A stretch of 32,000 bases of DNA from Raphidiopsis brookii D9. GTDB taxonomy: Bacteria; Cyanobacteriota; Cyanobacteriia; Cyanobacteriales; Nostocaceae. The stretch covers positions 1-32,000 of the forward strand of contig ACYB01000006.1 in the NCBI GenBank assembly GCA_000175855.1, given 5' to 3'. A program made the position numbers and the translations under genes. Shown one piece after another: positions 9,405 through 18,736 of this stretch; position 1 is the first letter of the stretch; each line of letters opens with the position of its first letter. Under the pieces are notes generated by a model. That model was not told the origin of the DNA. It worked only from the letters and a program-made list of their open reading frames with translations, and did not search any database.

Positions 9405-11006
9405 TTACTGTTTAATTAGAGCTAAATATTCTTCTCGGAAATACCGCAAGGTACTAAAAACAGGATTGGGTGCAGACTGACCTAACCCGCATAAACTAGT
9501 ATATTTCACCATGTCGCATAATTCTTCCAACAGATGTAAATCATTTTGTGTTCCCTTTCCCTTACTAATTCTGGTTAATAAATCATGGAGTTGCACCGTT
9601 CCCACCCTACAGGGAATACATTTACCGCAGGACTCATCCATACAAAATTCCATAAAGAATCGTGCCACATCTACCATATTAGTACTTTGATCCATCACAA
9701 TCATTCCCCCAGAACCCATCATAGAACCCAAAGCAGATAAGGATTCATAATCTACAGGAGTGGTAAATGCTGATGCAGGTATACACCCTCCCGATGGTCC
9801 ACCTGTTTGTACCGCTTTGGCCATACCCCCATCGGGAATACCACCCCCCATTTGTTCCACAATTTCCCCTAGGGTTGTCCCCATGGGAACTTCAATTAAA
9901 CCTGTATTCCGGATTTTACCTGCTAAGGCAAAAACCTTTGTCCCTTTACTTTTCTCTGTGCCAATATTAGCAAACCATTCCGCACCATTTCTGATAATAG
10001 GAGCGATATTAGCAAAGGTTTCTACGTTATTAATTAATGTAGGGTAACCCCATAAACCTGATTCAGCAGGGTATGGAGGACGCGGATGGGGAACACCACG
10101 TTTACCTTCAATTGAAGCCATTAATGCGGTTTCTTCACCACAAACATAAGCACCTGCACCAATGCGAATTTCTATTTTAAAATCGAAAGGTGATTCAAAA
10201 ATATTTGTTCCTAATACCCCCAACCTTTGTGCTTGACGAATGGCAGTTTCTAGACGTTTAATCGCAATGGGGTATTCCGCTCTGACATAAATATAACCTT
10301 GATTAGCACCAATGGAATAAGCGGCGATCGCCATTCCTTCCAGGACTCGATGGGGATCACTTTCTAACACACTACGATCCATGAATGCACCTGGATCTCC
10401 CTCATCCGCATTGCAAATCACGAATTTTTTTGCCCCTGATGATTTAGCTACTGTTCCCCATTTTAACCCTGTGGGATATCCAGCACCACCTCTTCCCCTT
10501 AATCCACTTTTAGTAATAACTTCTACTACTTCTGTGGGTTTCATTTCTCGCAGTACTTGGTAGAGAGCTTGATAACCATTAGCTGCAATATAAGATTGAA
10601 TTCTTTCTGGATCTACCCGACCACTATTTTCTAAAACAATGGGCAATTGTTTAGTAAAAAACGGATGCTGTAAATCTTGCCGTTTTAAATTTGTGTTTTT
10701 TCCCTTGATAGAATCAATTACCTTTGGCGCATCCTGGGGCGTTACTTGTTGATAAAGTGTTATTTTATCACTTTTATTCTCATCTATTTCCACTAAGGGA
10801 CCCTGACAACAAAGGCGCATGCAACCCACACCCACCACTTCCACCTGCTGTTCCAAACCTGCTGCTTTAATCGATGTCAATAAATTTTCCTTCACTGCTT
10901 GAGAACCAGAAGACAAGCAACCTGCAGCAGTGCAACAGCGAATTTGTATAGGTTTAGTCTGAGAATTTTCTGCCCTAGCAATCTCCAATAATTCATGTAG
11001 TTCCAT
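9405..11006 (-). CDS. hoxF: Bidirectional hydrogenase diaphorase subunit, NAD(P)/FMN/Fe-S, NuoF-like
   Basis: '[14 protein letters not shown]', '[21 protein letters not shown]', '[12 protein letters not shown]'; overlaps hoxE by 14 bp. Confidence 0.97.
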   Translation of the reverse strand: MELHELLEIARAENSQTKPIQIRCCTAAGCLSSGSQAVKENLLTSIKAAGLEQQVEVVGVGCMRLCCQGPLVEIDENKSDKITLYQQVTPQDAPKVIDSIKGKNTNLKRQDLQHPFFTKQLPIVLENSGRVDPERIQSYIAANGYQALYQVLREMKPTEVVEVITKSGLRGRGGAGYPTGLKWGTVAKSSGAKKFVICNADEGDPGAFMDRSVLESDPHRVLEGMAIAAYSIGANQGYIYVRAEYPIAIKRLETAIRQAQRLGVLGTNIFESPFDFKIEIRIGAGAYVCGEETALMASIEGKRGVPHPRPPYPAESGLWGYPTLINNVETFANIAPIIRNGAEWFANIGTEKSKGTKVFALAGKIRNTGLIEVPMGTTLGEIVEQMGGGIPDGGMAKAVQTGGPSGGCIPASAFTTPVDYESLSALGSMMGSGGMIVMDQSTNMVDVARFFMEFCMDESCGKCIPCRVGTVQLHDLLTRISKGKGTQNDLHLLEELCDMVKYTSLCGLGQSAPNPVFSTLRYFREEYLALIKQ

Positions 11007-11505
11007 GTTGCCATTCCCCCACTTTTTTACAGACTGATTGTGCAGTTTGATTACCTAAAACCTCACCATCAAACACCACTGCTGGTGCAATACCACAAGC
11101 ACCTAAACATCTGGCAGTCATTACAGAAACTTCTCCGTCTGGTGTGGTATCTCCCGCTTTAATTTGGATGAATGTTTCCAGAGCAGTTAAAATCGCTTGT
11201 GATCCTTTCACATAACAAGCTGTACCTGTACAAACTACACAATTATGTTTACCTTTTGGTGCCAAGGAAAATAAATGGTAAAATGTTGCTACTCCATATA
11301 CCCGACTAGGTGGCAATTTTAACTCACGGGCGATATACAGCAGTAAATCTAATTCTAAATACCCAAATAATTCCGTTGCTCGATGAAGAATTTCAATCAA
11401 TGCATCTTGTTGATATTGACAGCGTTTGATGGCTGTATCCAACATTCTCAAACGTTTGTCCCCACGCTCAATATGATTGACGCGAACTGGAACTGTGGTT
11501 TTCAT
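10993..11505 (-). CDS. hoxE: Bidirectional hydrogenase diaphorase subunit, NuoE-like [2Fe-2S] protein
   Basis: '[32 protein letters not shown]' and '[16 protein letters not shown]'. Confidence 0.95.
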   Translation of the reverse strand: MKTTVPVRVNHIERGDKRLRMLDTAIKRCQYQQDALIEILHRATELFGYLELDLLLYIARELKLPPSRVYGVATFYHLFSLAPKGKHNCVVCTGTACYVKGSQAILTALETFIQIKAGDTTPDGEVSVMTARCLGACGIAPAVVFDGEVLGNQTAQSVCKKVGEWQHGTT

Positions 11506-12005
11506 GATTTCTTATCAGGATGGTGGACAATATGTACAGAACAGGGTGCATGGTGCAACACATAATTACTTACACTACCCATAAAAAACTCGGTGATTTT
11601 AGAAACTCCTCGTCTCCCAATGATGATTAAATCCGCACTCCACGCTCCAGCGACTTGACAAATCACCTTACCTGGATTTCCCACATTCTGGGAAAACTCG
11701 GTTTTAATATTTTCTGTATTTGCCCGCGCACAAAAACTTTGCAACATCTCCAAACCTTCTTCTTTATAGGCTTCCAATTTCTTCAAATAAATTCCCATGC
11801 TTTCATCAGTCCAAGCTGGATAGTAATCAATCTGAGAAAACATCATAGTATCCGGAATGCCATCCTCCTCTGGGGATAAAACATGTATTAGCATTAACTG
11901 AGCTGATGTTAATTTCGCTAAGTTGAGTGCTTGTTGAAATACTTCTTCTCCTGTGTTAGAAAGGTCTAACCCCACCAAAATTTTACTAAGCATTGATGCC
12001 TCCAT
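11502..12005 (-). CDS. Universal stress protein, first gene of the hox operon
   Basis: 'MLSKILVGLDLSNTGEEVFQQALNLAKL...LMLIHVLSP' and 'ADLIIIGRRGVSKITEFFMGSVSNYVLHHAPCSVHIV' (G-2x-G-9x-G-S/T ATP-binding motif); 4-bp overlap with hoxE. Confidence 0.93.
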   Translation of the reverse strand: MEASMLSKILVGLDLSNTGEEVFQQALNLAKLTSAQLMLIHVLSPEEDGIPDTMMFSQIDYYPAWTDESMGIYLKKLEAYKEEGLEMLQSFCARANTENIKTEFSQNVGNPGKVICQVAGAWSADLIIIGRRGVSKITEFFMGSVSNYVLHHAPCSVHIVHHPDKKS

Positions 12006-12426
12006 TGTTACTTATTAACCATTACAAAGTACTCTTTTATGGTCTTTTGGTTCCTGTTTGTCACAAGATGTAGGTTTCCTTTATAATTCTTAGCACTTAT
12101 CTTTACAATTCGTTAATTTTTAACTCCTAGCTTGGGATCTAGGTCTACACTTATGGTTGTAGCTAAACAATGTGAGGAACTTGTGAGGGAATTATGGTTA
12201 GGGGAATAAATATTTTAACCATCCATGACTGTAAATGTTCCCAGATCTAGATCAAGCCATTTGGTGATGATTCTACCTCTTCTGTACTTCTTAGTTATTA
12301 TGCCCATTTTTAGTCGGTTTGCTCTATATCTAAAAGTTGATATCTGTCCTTTATTGTTTGTCGAGCTTTAATAATTAGGTTACACATATTTGTATATTTA
12401 TTTACTTCTAAAAGGAAATTTTTGAC

Positions 12427-15400
12427 ATGAAGATTTTAGTAGTTGAGGATGATGCGCTAATTGCATGTACGCTGAGTAATTTTCTCACATACCAGAACTA
12501 TGCTGTAGAAGTGGCAAATGATGGTAAAACTGCTTGGGATTTGGTAGAAACTTATGAATATGATCTAATACTACTAGATATTGTTTTGCCCAAACTAGAT
12601 GGAATTAGCTTATGTAAAAAAATTCGTTCTAGTGGTCGGCGAGTGCCAATTTTATTATTGACAGGGCGTGATAGTTCTCACGATAAAGCTATTGGTTTAG
12701 ATGCTGGTGCGGATGATTATGTAGTGAAACCTTGTGATGAAGAAGAATTGGTAGCTCGTGTAAGAGCCTTATTAAGACGTGGTGGTGTTACTTCCCAACC
12801 TGTATTAGAGTGGGGTGGTTTGCGATTAGACCCTAGTAGTTGTGAAGTTACATATCAACAAGATCAACTTTCACTCACCCCAAAAGAATATGCTTTACTA
12901 GAACTTTTGATGCGAAATAATCGTCGGGTATTTAGCTGTGGAATGATTTTAGATCATCTTTGGTCTTATGAAGACACACCGGGGGAAGACGCTGTGCGGA
13001 CTCATATTAAGGGTTTAAGAATGAAGTTAAAAGCAGCGGGCGCACCTCATGATTTAGTGGAAACAGTTTATGGTATTGGATATCGTCTAAAGCCACAAGA
13101 AAATGACCATGATGACAACCATGAATTAAATCATCAATCAAAAAATGAGCGAACAATTGGGAAACTTGAAGAAATTTGGCAACGATTTCGTGGTAGAATA
13201 GAAGAGCAAGTTTCTATTATAGAACGAGCTGCACAAAATATTGCCAATTGCCAAGAAACTTTTAATTTAGAACTATTACTGCAAGCAACTAGAGAAGCAC
13301 ATACTTTGGCAGGTTCTCTGGGGACATTTGGCTTACCTTATGCTTCCGAATTGGCAAAAAAAATTGAGAATTTATTCCAATCCTCTGCTAACTCAACAGG
13401 AGCAGAAATGATTAATCTACAACCTAAATTACAAACTTGGGTCAAATCACTAAAGCAAGAAATTGATAGGAAAAATCAGCAAATTAATGCTCCTAATAAT
13501 AGTCAAAAAGAACTGACATTATCTCCTAGAAAAAACATTGATAATGAAATCGCATCAACAGTCAACAAAATCAAAATATTAGTGGTAGATGATGATTTAA
13601 AAACCCTAGAGTTATTACAGGTACTGTTAACTCCTTGGGGACTAGAAATAGTTACCCTTAATTATCCGGAGCAGTTTTGGAGTACTTGGGAAAAAATTCA
13701 CCCTGATATGTTAATCTTAGACATTGAAATGCCTGGTATGAGTGGGATTGAATTATGTAAAATGATTCGTAGTCATGACCAAGGTAGGGAAGTACCAATT
13801 TTATTTTTAACAGTTCATAGCAATGCAGAAATTGTCAATCAGGTATTTAGTGTGGGAGCTGATGATTTTGTTAGTAAACCAATTATTATCTCTGAGCTAG
13901 TCAATCGTATTCTGAATCGCTTGGAAAGAGTGAGATTGCTGAAAATTATGGAGCGGAATCGATACGCAAAGACCAATCAAATTAACGAGAATAACAAATT
14001 TATTGTTGAAAGCTATCATAACTTAGTAGAAGTTTATCCAGAAGCAATCCTCATTGTTAGTCAAGATGATTTGGTGTTCGTTAACAGTGCTGCAGTTCGC
14101 TTACTGGGAGTTAACTCAGCAGGAGAACTATTAGGTAAAAAATTTATAGAATTTGTCCATCCACAACACAGGGAAGAAATTGAAGAAAACCTAAAATCCC
14201 TGAAAACAAATCAAAGATTGATTCCTCTACAGGAAGTCAAATTTTTACAAGCGGATGGCAGAATAATTTATGTAGAAACGGTTGGCGCATTTCTCACTTA
14301 CCAAAATCAACCAGCAGCACAAATTGTCGCACGTGATATTACCAGACGTAAGCAGACAGAATTAGCATTGCGCAAAACTAAAGATGAACTAGAATTGAGA
14401 GTTAATCAACGTACATCTGAGTTAATTAATGTCAATCACCAATTGCAATCACAACTGGATGAACAAAAACGTACTCAAGACGCTTTGAGGATTTCAGAAA
14501 ATCGGTTTGAAGCAATTTTAAGTATTGCAGACGATGCAATTATTTCTATTGATAATAGTCAAGGGATTACCTTATTTAATCAAGGTGCAGAAAAGATTTT
14601 TGGTTATACTGCTGAGGAAGTTTTAGGAAAAAAGCTAGATTTATTATTGCCCACACGCTTTGCCCAGGAACATCGTAATCACGTATCCACATTTGGCAAA
14701 TCTTCTGCTCACGCTCGCAGAATGGGAGAAAGACAAGAAATATTTGGTTGTCGCAAAGATGGGTCAGAATTTCCTGCAGAAGCTTCAATTTCTAAGTTAG
14801 ATCTTGGTCCAGAATCTGTGTACACGGTGATATTGCGAGATATAACTGAGCGCAAGCAAGTGGAAAAAATGAAGGATGAATTTGTCTCTGTTGTTAGTCA
14901 TGAGTTGCGGACTCCTTTGACATCCATTCATGGTTCTTTAGGAATGTTGACCAGTGGGTTACTCTCTACTACTTCAGAACAGGGTAAACGCTTGCTGCAA
15001 ATTGCCACCGATAGTACGGAGCGATTAGTTAGATTAATTAATGATATTCTGGATATTGAACGCATTGAGTCGGGTAAGGTCAAAATGGAACGCGAAAATT
15101 GTGATTTGCGAGACTTGATCAACTCAGCTATCAATATCATGCAAGCTTTAGCGGATAAAGCAGGTGTCAGTTTATCTATTCAAAACTCTAATAGCTCATC
15201 TAATAGTTCATCTATTCAATTATGGGCAGATCCAGATCGGATAATTCAAACTTTAACTAATTTGTTCAGCAATGCGATTAAGTTTTCAGAACCAGGATCC
15301 ACGGTTTATTTGATGACAGAATTACAGAAAGACCAGGTATTGGTAACTGTGCAAGATACTGGAAGAGGTATACCAGAAGATAAATTGGAGAGTATTTTTG

Positions 15401-16416
15401 AGCGGTTTCAACAGGTGGACTCTTCTGATTCTCGCAATCATGATGGTACTGGCTTGGGTCTGGCAATTTGTAAGAGTATTGTTCAACAACATGGGGGCAA
15501 AATTTGGGTCAAAAGTGTCTTGGGCCAAGGCAGCAGTTTTTATTTTACTCTGCCAATTTTAACTGGTTATGATAGATCCAATTTACAGGGTTTGGTCACC
15601 GATCAATTAGACTATGAAACACCCCTAATTACTGATGATAATTCTCCTTTAGTGTTGGTTTGTGATGATGATCCAATCACTCGCCAAGAATTAAAAAATC
15701 TCCTACTACAGGGTGGATATCGCGTACTTACAGTAGATAGTGGTGACCAGGCGATCGCTCAAGCAGTTATTCAACATCCAGATGTGATTTTATTAGATTT
15801 AGTTATGCCAGGAATGAATGGTTGGGAAACCATGGCTGGATTGAAAAAATGTTCAGATACTAAAGATATACCAATTGTTATTTGTAGTGTCTATAAATCA
15901 AGTCAAAACAATCCTAACCGTCAAGAAGATACCAATGCTGAAAGTGTCAAGTTTGCTGATTGGTTAAGTAAACCAGTGGAAGAAACGGACCTGTTAAATT
16001 CTCTCAGAAAGGTCGTATCTGAACCCTCAAAAAGGCTGAAGATATTAATTATTGAAGATGATCATGACCTAGCAGATCTTTTGGCAACCTTGTTTGATAG
16101 ACATGATATTGAAACCTTCATTGCCAAAACTGGTAGGGAGGCAATTCATCTGAGTCAAAAGGTTAATCCTGACCTACTAATTCTGGATTTGATCCTCCCA
16201 GAAGCTGATGGTTTTACGGTTGTTGATTGGTTGAAGCAACATGATCAACTGTTTAGTATTCCCGTGGTTGTCTATTCTGCAAAAGACCTGGACGATTCAG
16301 AACGTCATCGGTTAAAATTGGGACATACGGAGTTTTTTACCAAGGGGAGGGTCACTATTCAGGAGTTTGAGCAACGAGTTATGGACCTGTTACAGAGAAT
16401 TACAACTAAGCAATAA
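12427..16416 (+). CDS. Multidomain phosphorelay protein: REC - OmpR-type wHTH - HPt - REC - PAS - PAS - HisKA/HATPase - REC - REC
   Basis: 'MKILVVEDDALI...DLILLDIVLPKLDG', 'LSLTPKEYALLELLMRN...HIKGLRMKL', 'REAHTLAGSLGTFG', 'KILVVDDDLKTLELL', 'FVSVVSHELRTPLTSIHGSLG', 'DTGRGIPEDKLESIFERFQQVD...GTGLGLAICKSIVQQHGG', then 'DVILLDLVMPGMNG' and 'DLLILDLILPEADG'. Confidence 0.93.
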   Translation: MKILVVEDDALIACTLSNFLTYQNYAVEVANDGKTAWDLVETYEYDLILLDIVLPKLDGISLCKKIRSSGRRVPILLLTGRDSSHDKAIGLDAGADDYVVKPCDEEELVARVRALLRRGGVTSQPVLEWGGLRLDPSSCEVTYQQDQLSLTPKEYALLELLMRNNRRVFSCGMILDHLWSYEDTPGEDAVRTHIKGLRMKLKAAGAPHDLVETVYGIGYRLKPQENDHDDNHELNHQSKNERTIGKLEEIWQRFRGRIEEQVSIIERAAQNIANCQETFNLELLLQATREAHTLAGSLGTFGLPYASELAKKIENLFQSSANSTGAEMINLQPKLQTWVKSLKQEIDRKNQQINAPNNSQKELTLSPRKNIDNEIASTVNKIKILVVDDDLKTLELLQVLLTPWGLEIVTLNYPEQFWSTWEKIHPDMLILDIEMPGMSGIELCKMIRSHDQGREVPILFLTVHSNAEIVNQVFSVGADDFVSKPIIISELVNRILNRLERVRLLKIMERNRYAKTNQINENNKFIVESYHNLVEVYPEAILIVSQDDLVFVNSAAVRLLGVNSAGELLGKKFIEFVHPQHREEIEENLKSLKTNQRLIPLQEVKFLQADGRIIYVETVGAFLTYQNQPAAQIVARDITRRKQTELALRKTKDELELRVNQRTSELINVNHQLQSQLDEQKRTQDALRISENRFEAILSIADDAIISIDNSQGITLFNQGAEKIFGYTAEEVLGKKLDLLLPTRFAQEHRNHVSTFGKSSAHARRMGERQEIFGCRKDGSEFPAEASISKLDLGPESVYTVILRDITERKQVEKMKDEFVSVVSHELRTPLTSIHGSLGMLTSGLLSTTSEQGKRLLQIATDSTERLVRLINDILDIERIESGKVKMERENCDLRDLINSAINIMQALADKAGVSLSIQNSNSSSNSSSIQLWADPDRIIQTLTNLFSNAIKFSEPGSTVYLMTELQKDQVLVTVQDTGRGIPEDKLESIFERFQQVDSSDSRNHDGTGLGLAICKSIVQQHGGKIWVKSVLGQGSSFYFTLPILTGYDRSNLQGLVTDQLDYETPLITDDNSPLVLVCDDDPITRQELKNLLLQGGYRVLTVDSGDQAIAQAVIQHPDVILLDLVMPGMNGWETMAGLKKCSDTKDIPIVICSVYKSSQNNPNRQEDTNAESVKFADWLSKPVEETDLLNSLRKVVSEPSKRLKILIIEDDHDLADLLATLFDRHDIETFIAKTGREAIHLSQKVNPDLLILDLILPEADGFTVVDWLKQHDQLFSIPVVVYSAKDLDDSERHRLKLGHTEFFTKGRVTIQEFEQRVMDLLQRITTKQ

Positions 16417-16436
16417 CCAGGGTAAAGTCATAGATT

Positions 16437-16832
16437 ATGAAAAAGCGCATCTTAGTGGTTGATAATGAGCAGTATATTCAAGAAGTGGCTAAAATTTGTT
16501 TAGAAACCGTTGCAGGTTGGGAGGTGCTAACAGCTAGTTCCGGTAAGGAGGGAATCTTGCAAGCTGAGAATCATCAGCCAGATGCAATTCTATTAGACGT
16601 GATGATGCCTGATATGGATGGATTATCAGCTTTTGAAAAACTACAAGCCAATCCAGTAACCCAAACAATACCCGTCATTTTGTTAACTGCAAAAATCCAA
16701 GTTAATGATCGTCGTCGTTATTCCCAGTTAGGTATTAAAAGTGCGATCGCCAAACCATTTAATCCTTTAGAATTAGCTCACCAAGTTGCAGCAGAGTTAG
16801 ATTGGAATTTAGAATGTAACAAGACTAAATGA
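16437..16832 (+). CDS. Single-domain response regulator (REC)
   Basis: 'KKRILVVDNEQYIQEVAKICLETVAGWEVLTASSGKEG...PDAILLDVMMPDMDGLSAFEKL...PVILLTAKI...GIKSAIAKPFNP'. Confidence 0.93.
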   Translation: MKKRILVVDNEQYIQEVAKICLETVAGWEVLTASSGKEGILQAENHQPDAILLDVMMPDMDGLSAFEKLQANPVTQTIPVILLTAKIQVNDRRRYSQLGIKSAIAKPFNPLELAHQVAAELDWNLECNKTK

Positions 16833-16835
16833 ACT

Positions 16836-17137
16836 ATGATTGTTAATCATAACATTTATATTACTCCAGAAGCATATCTAAAACTAGAAGAACATAGTCA
16901 GGTTAAACATGAGTATATTGACGGAAGCATTTACGCTATGTCCGGTGCCCTGGATGTTCATGTAACCATTTAATTAGTCCTAAAAAACCGCGAGTTGAGT
17001 GCTTCCGCAGGAATGATCAAGGAATTTGGACTTTACAACACTATACAGGTCAACAAACATCATTTTCCTTCCCCACTATTCAATTCCAGGCAAAAATGAC
17101 TGAACTCTATGAAGATGTCAACTTCCAGATCTTATAG
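16836..17137 (+). pseudogene. Internally deleted remnant of a Uma2 (DUF820) family nuclease-like gene
   Basis: 5' fragment translates to MIVNHNIYITPEAYLKLEEHSQVKHEYIDGSIYAMSGALDVHVTI*; in another frame about 17012-17137 translates to RVECFRRNDQGIWTLQHYTGQQTSFSFPTIQFQAKMTELYEDVNFQIL*, matching start and end of Uma2 proteins with the middle missing. Confidence 0.75.
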
Positions 17138-17163
17138 ATTGGGTTCAAAAAACCCAACCTAAG

Positions 17164-17808
17164 TCAAATATAATGGCTCAAAATTTCACAAACTTCCTGA
17201 TCACTAGTTTGAGAAAAGTCGTCATACCAAAATCCAATTGCTGAAAAAAACTCAGGAGTCTGTAAACACACTACCTCATCTACCTCTGACTCCAATTCCC
17301 TATAGGTACTTGCTGATGCTACAGGAATTGCTACCACAATTTTGCTGGGCTTTTGCTGTTTAAGAACAGCAATAGCTGCTCTTATAGTCGCACCAGTAGC
17401 AATACCATCATCTACTAAAATGACTGTTTTGTTTTCAACCTTAATTGGTGGAGCATTTCTTCGATAAGTTTGTTCCCGTCGCTTTAGCTCTTCCAGCTCT
17501 TGAGATACAACAGTTTCAATCACATCTCTATCTATTCCTAAGGTGGCAATTACATCACGATTGAATACCCTAACCCCCCCAGCACCAATAGCACCCATAG
17601 CTAATTCTTTTTGTCCGGGCACACCAATCTTTCTGACGATACAAACATCTAGGGGAGCATTCACAGCTTTAGCAATTTCCCAACCTACGGGTACACCACC
17701 ACGGGGTAGCGCTAGTACTAGTAGATTTTCGCAGTTGGCGTAATCTATTAGACTTTCCCCTAACATCTTTCCAGCTTGAATACGATTATGAAATTTCATC
17801 AGCATCAA
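17164..17808 (-). CDS. Phosphoribosyltransferase family protein
   Basis: 'LVLALPRGGVPVGWEIAKAVNAPLDVCIVRKIGVPGQKELAMGAI' and PRPP-binding loop 'KTVILVDDGIATGATIRAAI'. Confidence 0.92.
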   Translation of the reverse strand: MMLMKFHNRIQAGKMLGESLIDYANCENLLVLALPRGGVPVGWEIAKAVNAPLDVCIVRKIGVPGQKELAMGAIGAGGVRVFNRDVIATLGIDRDVIETVVSQELEELKRREQTYRRNAPPIKVENKTVILVDDGIATGATIRAAIAVLKQQKPSKIVVAIPVASASTYRELESEVDEVVCLQTPEFFSAIGFWYDDFSQTSDQEVCEILSHYI

Positions 17809-17988
17809 CTCCTACTACTAGGTCTACCTGGGGGTCTACCTGGGGGTGTGACAATTTCCCACCCTTGAAAGTTGTGGAAAGTTGTTGTTTCCCCCAAAAA
17901 TTATTAGTATGGCTAATATATCTCTAACCTTCTCAGATAAAAACCACAGGGAGTGTAGATTTTACGTCTATCCCCAGGAGTAATTACT

Positions 17989-18477
17989 ATGTTGCATAAA
18001 ATTTTAGTTGCTTTAGAAAATCCGGATCAAAGCCAAAATATATTTGAGCAAGCTCTATTTTTGGCTCAAGTGAGCAGTTCTGAAATCATGCTACTTCATG
18101 TTCTGTCTCCCCTAGAAGATCCCTACCTCAACCCCATATTTCTTCAACCGGAGACTATCTACCCCTCCCTGTATGGAGAAACTATGAACAAGTATATGCA
18201 AGCATGGGATCAACATAAGCAGGAACGACTCAAATGGATCCAATCCCTAATGGAAACTGCCACTGGTAAGGGGGTAAAGGCTGAAATGCTCCAAACCGTT
18301 GGGGATCCAGGTCGTGTCATCTGTGAACAAGCTATAAGCTGGTCTGCTGACCTAATTATTGTGGGACGCAGGGGAAGAAGGGGAATCAGCGAGGTGGTTT
18401 TGGGTAGCGTGAGCAACTATGTTCTACATCATGCTCCCTGCTCAGTCCTCACTATCCAAGGTGCAATTCCTGGTTGA
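17989..18477 (+). CDS. Universal stress protein
   Basis: 'MLHKILVALENPDQSQNIFEQALFLA...MLLHVLSPLE' and 'ADLIIVGRRGRRGISEVVLGSVSNYVLHHAPCSVLTI'. Confidence 0.94.
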   Translation: MLHKILVALENPDQSQNIFEQALFLAQVSSSEIMLLHVLSPLEDPYLNPIFLQPETIYPSLYGETMNKYMQAWDQHKQERLKWIQSLMETATGKGVKAEMLQTVGDPGRVICEQAISWSADLIIVGRRGRRGISEVVLGSVSNYVLHHAPCSVLTIQGAIPG

Positions 18478-18736
18478 TTTTTTGACTCTCCTAATTTTTT
18501 TAATTTTTTTTTAATTTTTCCCACCCCATTAATATGATAAGTGAACAATTGAGCTATATCTACTGGGGAGGAAAATTTTATAAAAACTTTAGTTAAAGAA
18601 AGTAAGCAACAAAAATTAGCCCAAAGGTTTGGTTTGGATAATATTGAAATAAAGACCCTCCTGATTTATAAGTGCTAACTACCAAAATATCACATAACAA
18701 ACTACCAAACATCCCAATTTAAAACTAGAGGTATCA

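Noticed and set aside
6333-10563. Antisense ORFs inside hox genes (6333..6515, 6827..7096, 8168..8359, 8314..8508, 8858..9067, 9760..10047, 9767..9970, 10381..10563)
   Set aside because: All lie opposite strongly conserved hox coding sequence and show no independent protein features.
5974-12005. Complete hydrogenase maturation locus
   Set aside because: No hyp genes or hoxW (HoxH-specific protease) are recognisable in the window; only structural hox genes plus USP and CBS-CP12 are present.
14576-15528. Antisense ORFs inside the phosphorelay gene (14576..14788, 14928..15140, 15278..15466, 15322..15528)
   Set aside because: Opposite PAS/HK coding sequence with clear motifs; judged shadow ORFs.
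18478-18736. Short ORF-like stretch EENFIKTLVKESKQQKLAQRFGLDNIEIKTLLIYKC before the LabA-like gene
   Set aside because: Fewer than 45 codons and no clear start or homologue I can name; insufficient to call.
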